From NCBI GenBank assembly GCA_002378195.1, contig DFRJ01000002.1, positions 329,677 through 393,676 of the forward strand: 64,000 nt of DNA, written 5' to 3'. The notes under the pieces were generated by a model, which was given only the letters and a program-made list of their open reading frames with translations, had not been told where the DNA came from and ran no database searches. The position numbers and the translations under genes are program-made. Position 1 is the first letter of the stretch, and each line of letters begins with the position of its first letter. This stretch comes from Patescibacteria group bacterium UBA3466. GTDB lineage: Bacteria; Patescibacteriota; Minisyncoccia; Phycocordibacterales; UBA918. Of the stretch, positions 8,899 through 18,996 are shown piece by piece.

Positions 8899-10110
8899 TT
8901 AGAAGAGTTTCCACATTTTTTGATCTTCCTCCCCGTCCACCTTGAATACTGCCACCCCCTTGAGGCCATAATCTTCCGCCAACTCGACCTTTTCTTCGAT
9001 TGCTTTAGCGTCACTCCAAGTGATCATTCTGACTGGAATTTCAATACCAGCATAAGTAGCCACCAGAAGAGCTTTAGCCGCTGCTTCAAATCCTTTTGGT
9101 GTATCGTCTGGAGTAGGTAAAGCATTAAAAATTTGCCAAGGGGAATCATCAGGGAAATAGGTTATCACCGCCTCGCCACCATCTGTCCTACCGATTGGTG
9201 AATCGTATTTATCAGCCAGCTCTAGTATCCTAGGCTGGTTTAAAGTAGCCACTAAATCATAGTCTTTGTACCATTCTGGAGCGACAGTAACATCCCAAGC
9301 CCGGCCATAGGTAGCCACTCCGAGCATCACCTTATCTTCATCAAAATCATCCAGAGCAAATTCAACAACTTTCTCCGCCCAATCGATATCAGCTACTGGA
9401 TTGTAAGGCACACCTCGCCTTTCATTATTCAGTTTAATATCAGCTCTCTGCTGGTCATAAGCCATAATTTCTACCCAATCGCAGTGGCGGTTTATAGCTC
9501 GGTAATCATTTGCATATTCAATCTCCGCTGGGACAGCGCGAAACCGTGACTCAGGTGGAGTTCTGGCTTCGATCGTACAAGTCAGCTCGTCTCTTCCCAG
9601 CTCATCCTCCAGCTCTTCTAAAAACTCAGAAAAGTAATCAATGGTTTCGGCCAGCTTTGATTCATAGTCGATGTTGATACCATCAAAATCATTACGCTTA
9701 ACCAGCCTGACGATATCGTCTATATGATCTTCTCTTAAATCATTATCACTTAAGACACTATGTATCGCCTCACCATCAAACCACGCAATGGTTGGAATCA
9801 CCTCAACTCGTCGATCTTCAGCTTCATCCAACAAGTCGTCCCAATGATCATCGTCAAAATCGACACGATTTTTTATATCTCCCAATCCTTCCACCTCATA
9901 AACAAACGGATAAATAATATCGATATCCCTAATGTTATCTAGAGCACTTTCAACACCAGCCTCATCAGCCCACCACGGTATCCAGACACCCACTTCTTGC
10001 CGAGCCTCAGCCACTGCTGGCAAGAAGAAAAAACCGGCTAAAATAATGCCGACATAGAGATGTAGTAATGTATTAACTGATGATCTCATATTCTTTAAGA
10101 CGCAAATCAT
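8899..10110 (-). CDS. Glycoside hydrolase family 18 (chitinase-like) secreted or membrane-anchored protein
   Basis: N-terminal TM/signal. The GH18 catalytic motif FDGINIDYE (DGxDxDxE) is present. MLGVATYGRAW (the YGR region) and GLKGVAVFKVDGEED (C-terminal GH18 motif) are also present. Confidence 0.7.
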   Translation of the reverse strand: MICVLKNMRSSVNTLLHLYVGIILAGFFFLPAVAEARQEVGVWIPWWADEAGVESALDNIRDIDIIYPFVYEVEGLGDIKNRVDFDDDHWDDLLDEAEDRRVEVIPTIAWFDGEAIHSVLSDNDLREDHIDDIVRLVKRNDFDGINIDYESKLAETIDYFSEFLEELEDELGRDELTCTIEARTPPESRFRAVPAEIEYANDYRAINRHCDWVEIMAYDQQRADIKLNNERRGVPYNPVADIDWAEKVVEFALDDFDEDKVMLGVATYGRAWDVTVAPEWYKDYDLVATLNQPRILELADKYDSPIGRTDGGEAVITYFPDDSPWQIFNALPTPDDTPKGFEAAAKALLVATYAGIEIPVRMITWSDAKAIEEKVELAEDYGLKGVAVFKVDGEEDQKMWKLF

Positions 10111-10139
10111 TTCAGTTTCTTACAAATTTTATTAAATTA

Positions 10140-10589
10140 TTACAACAAAGTACGCGCGCTACCCGTCACCACACCCCAAATATAACAATCCTCCATCTCA
10201 TTAACTGCAATTGGTTCATAACCGACCTGCTCGGAGACCAACACCATAGCCCCAGATATCATTTTTAGGCGCTTTACCACCATTTCACCATACACTGCTG
10301 CCACCACAATATGACCATCTTTTGGTGTGACTGATCTGTCCACCACCAGGATATCGTTATCAAAAATCTTGGCTCCTTCCATCGAATCACCAGATACACG
10401 CACAAAAAAGGTGGCCGACTCGTTTTGCACTAGCAAATCATTGATGTTTAGTGACTTTTCCACTAAATCATCACCGGGAGCAGGGAAACCGGCGGCAGGC
10501 TGGCTGGCATACAAAGGATGTTCTGTAGCCTGATTTATATCAGCCATTGAGATGCTTTTAACTACAGTTTCTTTAGGCTGGTTGCTCAT
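10140..10589 (-). CDS. umuD: UmuD-like S24 peptidase (LexA C-terminal-domain fold without an N-terminal HTH)
   Basis: Ser-Lys dyad context: VRVSGDSMEGAKIFDNDILVVD ... VVKRLK. The likely autocleavage site is AAG|F. At 149 aa it has no room for a DNA-binding domain. Confidence 0.75.
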   Translation of the reverse strand: MSNQPKETVVKSISMADINQATEHPLYASQPAAGFPAPGDDLVEKSLNINDLLVQNESATFFVRVSGDSMEGAKIFDNDILVVDRSVTPKDGHIVVAAVYGEMVVKRLKMISGAMVLVSEQVGYEPIAVNEMEDCYIWGVVTGSARTLL

Positions 10590-10628
10590 TTCAATAACAA
10601 GTATACCTGAATATTGTTAGAGCGTGAA
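10590..10628 (-). promoter_or_regulatory. Inverted repeat TAACAA-N13-TTGTTA (contains GTATAC) immediately upstream of umuD; candidate SOS-type operator
   Basis: Read directly from the sequence. It matches no known LexA-box consensus, so the role is speculative. Confidence 0.25.
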
Positions 10629-11735
10629 TTAGGCTATAATCGCCCCCGTGGTCAGAAGTGAATGGGCATACCATAGTCCTCCCATACCAATCAGTAACAC
10701 AAATCCGTAGGCAACTTGTTCAAAATGTAGTCGTCTAGCCTCTTGTACTATAGAAACCCCCAACATTGACACAATTAAGACAGATAACGCTAAGTACACC
10801 AGCTGCAACATTGTATTAGGTTGAGTCATAAAGGAAGACAAGGTGGCTCCAGCATGAGACTCGGGAGTATGAGAAACCTGCGCTGCTACCAAACCAGAAG
10901 AAGTGGCAATCACTGGAGCTTCCATCACCACCACTTCTTCACCCTCAGGTGTAGTTGCAACATACACCACATCAGATTCTAGTGATTCTGATCCTGTAAC
11001 ACTATCAGCAGTTTCGTCCGGCTCGACTTCAACCAACACGGGAGGAACCTCCACCTGTTCAGGTACTACCTCAGAAACCGTTTTCTCTGCAACGATGTCT
11101 ACAACTTCAGGCAATGGCGTAGCTGTTTCTGCTACCGCCAACTCCACAGCCTCGGGTTCGATCGTTACTTCAGCTAGTGATTCGGGGATATCATCAACCA
11201 CTGCAGGAGTACCGAATAATTGCACTACATAGACGGTCTCGTAACCATCAAATTCACCTTTGTAGGTACCGACGCCAATTTCTGTGTACAAATTACTAAC
11301 AATGTTCTGACGGTGGGTCGGCGAATCCATCCAGGCTTCAACCACTTCCGAAGAATCGGTAAAGTGAATAGCCAGATTTTCTCCTGCGTGGGCGTAGACG
11401 TAACCCGCTTGATCAAACCAATGCCACGGAGAAACTCCATCTGGACTAAAGTGAGAGAAATACTCATTCTTGGCCATGTGCTTAGCCTTCATTCGTGCCG
11501 CCTCATCAAGCACTGCATTTCGCTTTAGAGGCATGGCAGCATTATCAGCCCGCTCTTCGTTGGTTAAATCAACCACCACTGAAGGCAAAACGGTGGACAC
11601 TAACCACTCTGAAGACTGCCATAAAATTGCGTGCAAATTAGCCCCAACAAATGTCAAAAGGATCAGCGCCGCCATCAGCGTAGCCGAAATCTTTTGCAGC
11701 TTATCCAGTCCCCTTCTGGTGGTTTTTTTAAACAT
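10629..11735 (-). CDS. CAP/SCP (YkwD-like) domain protein with N-terminal signal anchor, Glu/Val/Pro-rich linker and C-terminal TM segments
   Basis: YFSHFSPDG...HAGENLA...WMDSPTHRQNIVSNLYTEIGVG matches the YkwD/CAP signature. Confidence 0.75.
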   Translation of the reverse strand: MFKKTTRRGLDKLQKISATLMAALILLTFVGANLHAILWQSSEWLVSTVLPSVVVDLTNEERADNAAMPLKRNAVLDEAARMKAKHMAKNEYFSHFSPDGVSPWHWFDQAGYVYAHAGENLAIHFTDSSEVVEAWMDSPTHRQNIVSNLYTEIGVGTYKGEFDGYETVYVVQLFGTPAVVDDIPESLAEVTIEPEAVELAVAETATPLPEVVDIVAEKTVSEVVPEQVEVPPVLVEVEPDETADSVTGSESLESDVVYVATTPEGEEVVVMEAPVIATSSGLVAAQVSHTPESHAGATLSSFMTQPNTMLQLVYLALSVLIVSMLGVSIVQEARRLHFEQVAYGFVLLIGMGGLWYAHSLLTTGAIIA

Positions 11736-11794
11736 GAAGCTCTTTAAAAGTTGTATATATTTAACTATAAATAACTATTTTGTCAATATATAAC

Positions 11795-11823
11795 AAAAAG
11801 ACCCTGTGGAAAGGGTCTTTTTG
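11795..11823 (-). terminator. Intrinsic terminator (AAAAAGACCCTGTGGAAAGGGTCTTTTTG) after the giant surface-protein gene
   Basis: GC hairpin plus T-run, read directly from the sequence. Confidence 0.7.
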
Positions 11824-11837
11824 CTATCTGACTATAG

Positions 11838-14800
11838 TTAGTCGATATCGACGTTCGAATCAAGGTCTTCTCCTTCAAAGTCAGGATACTCCTCGCTTCC
11901 CGGACAAACTATATCATTGATCTTCCAACGCGTTGTTTTGTAAACAAATCCAGTTGGGTCACTGTGCGGAACAATTCCCTTCTCAAACCAAGGAACTAGG
12001 ATTTCGTCGCTGTAGTTCAATTGGAATTGCTTAACGGCTGCGTCTGTCGCTGCGTCAAACTCACCAGTTACCGCCACGTCGTAGCCCATTACGATACTGA
12101 GGAACATCTGTAGCTTAGTCACTTCCCAACGATCATTTTCCCATCCAACTTGCATGAAATCGATAATGAATGGGCACTGATTCACAGTCGAAGCACCGAG
12201 TACAATTCCTTCTGGAGCTGGTTCAGTTGTTCTGGTTCTAGTTCCAGATGAACTACCGCCAGATGAAGTTTCTTCCTCAGGCTCTTCTGGTTCTTCAGGC
12301 TCTTCTTCCACCACCTGATTTACAAAGTCACAACGGTTACCTTCGTAGATTGGCTCATCAATAACGATCAGAGCCGACAAGCTGTTTCCAATTGTAGTGA
12401 AAATTGATTCGTCCTCGATATAGAACTCACACGACATACTGTCAGTGTCTCCAGTTAACACCTGTAGGTTCTGTCTCACTTCTACTTGCTCATAACCAGC
12501 TGGCATCGCTTCAACCACCACATAGTCATCGCCAAGCAATACGTCGAAGTAATAGTAACCAGTATCATCGGTTGAAGTTGAGGCGATTACATTACCTTCT
12601 CCATCTTCTAGGTAGATAGTCCATCCAGCTTCAGGAACTTCTTGCGCATCTACTAACAAGTACTTGTAACCATCGATTCTTTCAGTCGGCTCTTCAGACA
12701 GAGCGTTGTAGAAGTCACATGTGTATGGTGTCTCATCGTCCATAGACAAGCCTTCGCTACCATACTGCTTTGGATCAAATTCTAGATAACAAGATTCGTA
12801 ACCTTCGCCATTAATGAAGTCATACTCACCTTCATACTCGACTCCGACCTGGTACCAGCCTAGTTGCATAACTTCTGAGACTTCATAATCTCCAACTGGT
12901 GCGTAGAAGTAGTAGTAACCACTGTCGTCAGTTGTAGTTGAGGTGATAAGTTCTTGGTCTTCGTAAAGCTCAATTGTCCAGCCAGCTAGCGGTGTTGCGT
13001 ACTCTGGATCGCCTTCAAACTTATAACCTTCGATCAACATCATGTCTGACGTATCATCGTCACAAGGAACGATAGTTTCTTCATGAATGTCAAAACGGAA
13101 TCCGTCAGATTGAGTATCGACCCACAGTCGGAAGTCTACTCCGTCATAATCTGGAGTCGCGACATCTGAACCATCGTCAGTCGGAACGTTATTAGTTTCA
13201 GAGTGATTCTCTAGCTTGAAACTACCTGAAAGATTACTGAAGTTAGTAATTCCTGCGTCTCGTACTTCAATTCGAGCGTCAATCCATTCATTGTTGGTAT
13301 TACCTCCAGGATTATGCTTACCGTACAACGCCACCTTAACTGTTCCACCTTCTCGACTCACAAACAGACCTGATTTATTACCTGGGTCATCGAAGTTAGT
13401 CACCGTGTGCGGGTCGTTGATCATGGTTGCTGAGGTCTCTCCAGATTCGATAATAGAAACTGGGAACCATTCACCAAATTCAACTGTAGTGTAAGCAGCA
13501 TCACCAAGGATAACTTGCTCATTTAAATGTCCGTTACCAGTATTACCAGTTTCATTCAAGATTACTCGTGCTTCCACAGTCGCCTTACATTCCGGACAGT
13601 TATACTCTTCACCATTGTTTACCTCCACAGCCACAGCGTCTTCACCAGTGGTTAGGTAAAACTCGAAATCTACTCCCTCGTCACCATTCTTATCGAAGAT
13701 GTCAGGATAGCTACTATCCTCAGGATCCTCTAGTTCCCAACCAGGAACCGGACCTCGATCTACTGCCCCAAGATCAATACCTTGAGTCATAATGTTTCCA
13801 AAGGCATAATCGAACTGAGATCCATTATTTCCTCCGCTGATAGCTAACCGGAGATCAGTGCCGTTTCTTTCAACTGCAATTCCGTCCACATCAAGCGCAA
13901 AGCTATTGATAGTTGCATCTCCCACCTCGTCAAAATTGAACCAGGTTCCGGCAGGAATCACATTGTCTTCGTCTCCTAGGTAAATATTCCCATCAAATGA
14001 TACTGATTCAGGAGCATTATCAAGCGAGATCTTTACTAGACGTAAGTCAGTACACTGATTGTCGAGCGTACAATAATCTGTACAGTCGGTGTCACCCGGC
14101 TCACACATTTCCCATCCAGTTACTTCACCGTCACCACAATAAGAGGCGTAGTCTGGCTCCTCAGGCTCTGGCACGTAAGGAATCTCACACAAATCTCCTT
14201 CACCTTCAATTACCAGTTCGTAATACAGTCCAGCCGGGTTATTGGCAGGATTACTGTTACCTGCAAAATTTTCCACCACTACCGACAATTCGTTATTTCC
14301 ACTCTGAATTAGGCCAGTAACATCATACTCCTTAGTAGCAGTATGGTTCACACCACCCAATTCTTCTCCGGCCAGAGCGTCGTTTAGTGAGGCAGAGAAA
14401 TTATTGTCAGCCGCGATATACAGGGTAGCTTCAGTCAAAACGTCACCATTCCAACCAAATTGATTTACAAAAGTCTGTGTTTCTGACTCACTCGGGTTTT
14501 GCGGACCTTGATCTCCCCAGATCCACTCTGCAAGTGGCAATGATTCAGTCCAATTGTCATGGATAAAATCTAGCACTACTGCAAGAGCTCCGTCCTTTTC
14601 AACCACCGTATTTGTATCATCACTCTTAATTGTCACTGTACACTGGGTTGGTACTTCTGGCTCTTCACAGCTTCCGTCAATAATAGTAATCGCGTCAAGA
14701 TCGAAACCGTCACCGTTTGATCCTTGCACACCATTTGACTGGTCCACCAACTTAACAAACTTAACAAAGTCCAGATTGGTATCAGCAATATCAACAGTTC

Positions 14801-16493
14801 CGTCTCCAGTAAGAGTATCGGCTAGTTCGAAGTTAATTCCATCCTCAGACAGATAAACATCAATCATTTCCCCTGTAGCATCAGTGCCTCCGGTAATTTC
14901 CCAGATAGCAATATCTGCACCGGCCTGATCGACAGCGATCTTGTTATCGAATTCATACACCAATTCTCCATTGATACCCATTGAATAGAAGTCTAATGGA
15001 TTCACTTCCCAATCACTCCCCTCGCTACCAAAGAAGTTTGAATATGGTGCTACACCAGCTTCAACAGCTGCCACATCACCTCTAGCAGCATCTACAGCAC
15101 CACCGCCATTTGTTAGACCTTGAATGTGAGACACCACCTGCCCTTCGTAAGTACATACTGACGGAGCTTCGGGCTCTTCTGTTTCTTTCAAGAAGTAAGC
15201 TCGAGCCACCGGTGTGAGCTGTTGCACGAAAGAAGGTGCAACTTGTAGGGTGCTGAGTGCTAGTTGAGGCACTTCTGGGATGTCGATGTAGTCATACTGA
15301 CCATCAATGTCATTAACTACAATACTTGGACCAGCATTGATGTTGTCAGTAAAGATGTGTGGGATGTCGGCACCTTCGTTATGTGTACTGGTATTGGCAA
15401 TATTAAGCACTGAAGGTGATGTAACCTCAAAACCTGGCGCCACATTAATACCGTGCCAGCCGTTATTTTCGGTTGTAATATCACTTGCGTCTACAGTCGA
15501 ACCGTTAACCACGATTCCACTACCTTCAAAATCCTTAACAGTTACATTTTCTAGAGTAATATCGATTGATTCGTAGATATTAATTCCATGCAATTGCTCA
15601 GGCCAAGGCTGATCACCACTGCTCATCAACACAACATCTTTTACAGTCACACCGTCAGTATTGGTAATACCCAACACAGCGTTGTTACTATTGCTAGTTT
15701 TCACAAACTGACCGTCTACGGTAAAACCGTTACCGTCTAGCACAATCGCCTTTGTGATGCTTGTTTGTTCTGTAGTAGAGATGTCAGCTGTCAGCTCAAT
15801 TGTTTCTCCAGCTTCAGTTGTAGCTGCATCAATTGCTTCTTGAATAGTCGCAAAAAATAGATCATCCTCTACATTTCGAACCGTTCCTGCAGGTGCAATT
15901 GGAGTACCGGTAACTACAACATTATCTAGCTTGAACACCTCGTTACTAGTGAAGAAAGCGTTAAATTGTAGCAGTACGCTTGGCTTATCATCCATATCAG
16001 ATGACAAATTGATCTCAGTTAGCGTCCAATCAGAAGTATCGTCACCATCGCCGTCAGAGTAAGTTTTTACTACATCTGCGCCAGTTGGAATAGTCCCTGG
16101 AGTAGCTCGCAGTGTAACACTTTCGCCTGCTTCCAGGTTATCAAGCTGGTAGTAATATGAAACCTTGATGTCTTCATATCCCACAGTTGAAAAACCTGCC
16201 CGTAGTAAAGCATCGGTTGGTGAGGTGGTAGATACCTGGGCGCGGATGTTTCCTTCTTGTGCTCCAGCCGCATTGTTTACGGTTGCCCAAGCGTCACCGA
16301 CTAAAGCTCCGATCCAGTTGCTAAAATCTTCAGTCTCAAAACTGTCTGAAAACAGTACGTCTGGTGCAGCCGCCTCAGCAACATTAAAATTGAAAAAAGT
16401 CGCAGGCACTGCGCTCACTAGTAATGACACGATAGTAAGAGCGGCAAATAGCTTTGCCGAAAATCTCCCCTTCGTCAGAGAATTAATATTCAT
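11838..16493 (-). CDS. Giant (1551 aa) secreted multidomain surface protein: signal peptide, right-handed beta-helix (PbH1-like) repeats, Cys-containing modules, two tandem CnaB/SdrD-B-like repeats, a PEEPEEPEEPEEE linker, and a C-terminal peptidoglycan-binding (PG_binding_1-like) domain
   Basis: Beta-helix rungs (NNAVLGITNTDGVTVKDVVL...NVTVKDFEGSGIVVNGSTV). Repeats GWTIELYEDQELITSTTTDDSGYYYFYAPVGDYEV and GWTIYLEDGEGNVIASTSTDDTGYYYFDVLLGDDYVV. The C-terminus VTGEFDAATDAAVKQFQLNY matches the PG-binding motif. Confidence 0.7.
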   Translation of the reverse strand: MNINSLTKGRFSAKLFAALTIVSLLVSAVPATFFNFNVAEAAAPDVLFSDSFETEDFSNWIGALVGDAWATVNNAAGAQEGNIRAQVSTTSPTDALLRAGFSTVGYEDIKVSYYYQLDNLEAGESVTLRATPGTIPTGADVVKTYSDGDGDDTSDWTLTEINLSSDMDDKPSVLLQFNAFFTSNEVFKLDNVVVTGTPIAPAGTVRNVEDDLFFATIQEAIDAATTEAGETIELTADISTTEQTSITKAIVLDGNGFTVDGQFVKTSNSNNAVLGITNTDGVTVKDVVLMSSGDQPWPEQLHGINIYESIDITLENVTVKDFEGSGIVVNGSTVDASDITTENNGWHGINVAPGFEVTSPSVLNIANTSTHNEGADIPHIFTDNINAGPSIVVNDIDGQYDYIDIPEVPQLALSTLQVAPSFVQQLTPVARAYFLKETEEPEAPSVCTYEGQVVSHIQGLTNGGGAVDAARGDVAAVEAGVAPYSNFFGSEGSDWEVNPLDFYSMGINGELVYEFDNKIAVDQAGADIAIWEITGGTDATGEMIDVYLSEDGINFELADTLTGDGTVDIADTNLDFVKFVKLVDQSNGVQGSNGDGFDLDAITIIDGSCEEPEVPTQCTVTIKSDDTNTVVEKDGALAVVLDFIHDNWTESLPLAEWIWGDQGPQNPSESETQTFVNQFGWNGDVLTEATLYIAADNNFSASLNDALAGEELGGVNHTATKEYDVTGLIQSGNNELSVVVENFAGNSNPANNPAGLYYELVIEGEGDLCEIPYVPEPEEPDYASYCGDGEVTGWEMCEPGDTDCTDYCTLDNQCTDLRLVKISLDNAPESVSFDGNIYLGDEDNVIPAGTWFNFDEVGDATINSFALDVDGIAVERNGTDLRLAISGGNNGSQFDYAFGNIMTQGIDLGAVDRGPVPGWELEDPEDSSYPDIFDKNGDEGVDFEFYLTTGEDAVAVEVNNGEEYNCPECKATVEARVILNETGNTGNGHLNEQVILGDAAYTTVEFGEWFPVSIIESGETSATMINDPHTVTNFDDPGNKSGLFVSREGGTVKVALYGKHNPGGNTNNEWIDARIEVRDAGITNFSNLSGSFKLENHSETNNVPTDDGSDVATPDYDGVDFRLWVDTQSDGFRFDIHEETIVPCDDDTSDMMLIEGYKFEGDPEYATPLAGWTIELYEDQELITSTTTDDSGYYYFYAPVGDYEVSEVMQLGWYQVGVEYEGEYDFINGEGYESCYLEFDPKQYGSEGLSMDDETPYTCDFYNALSEEPTERIDGYKYLLVDAQEVPEAGWTIYLEDGEGNVIASTSTDDTGYYYFDVLLGDDYVVVEAMPAGYEQVEVRQNLQVLTGDTDSMSCEFYIEDESIFTTIGNSLSALIVIDEPIYEGNRCDFVNQVVEEEPEEPEEPEEETSSGGSSSGTRTRTTEPAPEGIVLGASTVNQCPFIIDFMQVGWENDRWEVTKLQMFLSIVMGYDVAVTGEFDAATDAAVKQFQLNYSDEILVPWFEKGIVPHSDPTGFVYKTTRWKINDIVCPGSEEYPDFEGEDLDSNVDID

Positions 16494-16555
16494 ATTTATT
16501 CAGTCTAGTCTGTTAAGTTTTTATACACGGCATCCCAAATTTGTCGCGTAGGAGA

Positions 16556-16582
16556 ATATTACTCTACTGACACGAATTTGCA
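16556..16582 (-). promoter_or_regulatory. Sigma-70-like promoter (TTGCAA-N16-TAATAT) upstream of the giant surface-protein gene
   Basis: Read from the minus strand. The spacing is appropriate. Confidence 0.35.
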
Positions 16583-16616
16583 AGTTGGAACACACAATTT
16601 ATCTGTTGACAAGACT

Positions 16617-17537
16617 CTAACGATCAGCCTCTTTTGCCGGCATACGCCGCACCGACTGGATTGAAGCACAAACGCTTTTATTGGTGCTAGAAGCCACTAA
16701 TTCAGCCCTCTCCGGCACACCAGCTCTTATTTCTATCTCGTCGGCATGTTCACGCATTCTTTTTATAAACATATCTCGCTCGTAACGCATCTCTTCTAAG
16801 GACATCGCCCTATCCATCATCCACGGAAAAGCGCCGCAGGCATAAAATCTACCGCTATCAACATCAGATGATCGACCGATCAGTCTAACTATTTTCTGCG
16901 TAGCCAATAGAGTCAAATCACGCTCGTTTAGCTCACTCACATCCATTACCCAGCGCCCACCATCAACGTCAACAAACACTACTGTCGTACTAGGTACCGT
17001 ATCCTCAAACACTCTCTGACCTAATAGACGACCTTCCGCTGGGGCTTGCCAGAGCTTTTGCTCCATCTTTTCTTGTGACATGTACATTTTGATATGAGTA
17101 CCGAGAGCATTATCAACCACATGCCCCAAATCGCTCGCCTGTAACAAAACTCCGACTACCACGCTCATAGCAACACTACTCCCTACAATCATCCAAGCTG
17201 GATACCTGTAACCCCTCACTGTGTGTCTTATATTAAAGGTTGCAAAATAGGCCATCAAACCAAACACCAAAAACCATAAATACGGCAAAGCTTCCACCAT
17301 AAATGTTAGCCAGTTGTCATGGGTTGCCTCATAAAAAGCATACTGACGGTTCATTACCACAAAGAGAGATACGGCTACGGCCATGGCCCCAACCACCACT
17401 GACAACACCCAAAACAACCAGACCGAACACTCTCGACACAGGAAAAAGAATCGTGACTTTGGACACACCTGCTCTGACTCGATTCTTTTAAAGAGCGCGT
17501 CTTTCAGATTATTCTCGTTTTGATCTGGCTTTTTCAT
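16617..17537 (-). CDS. Membrane protein, putative anti-sigma factor. It has a short cytoplasmic N-terminal Cys motif (C-x10-C-x2-C), then TM helices and an extracytoplasmic domain
   Basis: It lies directly downstream of, and is probably co-transcribed with, the ECF sigma gene. The topology fits; there is no sequence-family match by eye. Confidence 0.45.
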   Translation of the reverse strand: MKKPDQNENNLKDALFKRIESEQVCPKSRFFFLCRECSVWLFWVLSVVVGAMAVAVSLFVVMNRQYAFYEATHDNWLTFMVEALPYLWFLVFGLMAYFATFNIRHTVRGYRYPAWMIVGSSVAMSVVVGVLLQASDLGHVVDNALGTHIKMYMSQEKMEQKLWQAPAEGRLLGQRVFEDTVPSTTVVFVDVDGGRWVMDVSELNERDLTLLATQKIVRLIGRSSDVDSGRFYACGAFPWMMDRAMSLEEMRYERDMFIKRMREHADEIEIRAGVPERAELVASSTNKSVCASIQSVRRMPAKEADR

Positions 17538-17551
17538 AACTATTCACAACC

Positions 17552-18136
17552 TTATATACGTAACTTCTCAGTATTTAATACATTTTGTAGCTGCTTTTTG
17601 CCTCGATGCAATAGCGTACCCACTGACCCCACCGGTATCTTCAAAATATCAGATATCTCATCGTATTCTTTATGTTCAAAAAAACGCAATATGATTACTT
17701 CTCGATACTTATTATCAAGCTGTAGCAATGCTCTATTTAAAACCTCCGCATTGATACCCTGGTCAAACACCACGTCCGCGGCATCTTCCTTCGCGCTCAA
17801 AAAAGAAATAACTTCTTCTCCATCAGCGATCAAATGTCCTTCAGGACGCACATTCTTCTTCCGATACCAACTAATCGCCTCATTGTGGGCAATCCGATAG
17901 ACCCACGAAGAAAACTTCAGAGAAGTATCGAAGCCATTGATATTGCGATAGGTTTTCAAGAAAATGTCTTGTAGGACATCACTTTGGTCTTCTGGATCCC
18001 GTACACCTAGACGGGCGATATACCTAGTTAATTTTGCTTGATAGCGATCCACCAAAACACCAAAGTGCTCTTTGTCACTAATAGTTAACTTTACGATCTC
18101 TTCATCGCTTGGTGGAAGTTCGGGTGTACCGTCCAT
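17552..18136 (-). CDS. ECF-type sigma-70 family RNA polymerase sigma factor
   Basis: Region 2 (DVLQDIFLKTYRNINGF...WVYRIAHNEAISWYRKK). Region 4 HTH (REVIILRFFEHKEYDEISDILKIPVGSVGTLLHRGKKQL). Confidence 0.8.
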   Translation of the reverse strand: MDGTPELPPSDEEIVKLTISDKEHFGVLVDRYQAKLTRYIARLGVRDPEDQSDVLQDIFLKTYRNINGFDTSLKFSSWVYRIAHNEAISWYRKKNVRPEGHLIADGEEVISFLSAKEDAADVVFDQGINAEVLNRALLQLDNKYREVIILRFFEHKEYDEISDILKIPVGSVGTLLHRGKKQLQNVLNTEKLRI

Positions 18137-18406
18137 AAAATAATGTATCCGTGTCTAACAATAGTTGCATGAAACGGACTTAAATTAAACCAGTGCTGAT
18201 TAATAGTACGCTAAGAGTTCGTTAAAATTTCGAGTATCGCCATTCAGGCCGCTTATTTTCACATGCTCCGATGTCCACCCAACCAAACCGAGCACTCAAT
18301 CCCCTCAGGCGCTCAAATATGCGGCCTACACGACTCCATTGTCAAACAACAGTACTTATGCCACTATGCGCATATTCATACCAACCAACAAAATGGAGAG
18401 GATGAC

Positions 18407-18905
18407 TATGAATAGTGTTCTAAAGACTGTAAGTCTGATAATTTTAGCGACAATTGTACCCCTATCTGGCTGCGACAAAAAAGAGGAAGTGCTGCCACCG
18501 GACAACATCATCAAGGAAGAGGTGGCCACACCTGCACCCGCACCAGAGCTGGCGCCGCCAGTTGAGGCTGTAGCTATATCAAATGCAGACATCGCCGGTC
18601 GGCCGTTACCACAGGACGAAATCGTCATCGACCAGGAAGAGGTGGCTGAAATGCTCACCGAAGAAGTAGCGAACGAGATACTTCAGTCCGGCACCGTGGT
18701 ATTCATCTTCAATGATGGCTCGGCTAACACTGAACTGGTAGTAGATGTCTATCACTGCATCAGTGACGATGAAGTTGATCAACAGTGTGTCCAAAATGAA
18801 GCAGAAAAAGTCATTCCTGGCACCGCTTACCGTCGTACGGACTATTGCATTAACAGTTGCAGCTCCAAAGGTCAGTCCGAGATCACGCGAGTGATTGAAG
18901 GCTAA
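18407..18905 (+). CDS. Putative lipoprotein (lipobox LSGC), acidic secreted protein of unknown function
   Basis: The ORF track gives 18339-18905. A GGAGAGG RBS precedes the ATG at 18407 (MNSVLKTVSLIILATIVPLSGC). Confidence 0.5.
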
Positions 18906-18928
18906 AATAACCAAAGAAAAGCTGGTCC

Positions 18929-18956
18929 AGCCGCCTAAAGGCGGCTTTTACTTTTA
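18929..18956 (+). terminator. Intrinsic terminator AGCCGCCTAAAGGCGGCTTTTACTTTT
   Basis: Hairpin plus T-run, read directly from the sequence. Confidence 0.7.
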
Positions 18957-18996
18957 GTATTGAAAATTACAGTTATTTATGGCATAATCACGACCT

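Noticed and set aside
12404-16551. Several plus-strand ORFs (71-128 aa) within the giant surface-protein gene
   Set aside because: They are antisense frames of a long gene with biased composition.
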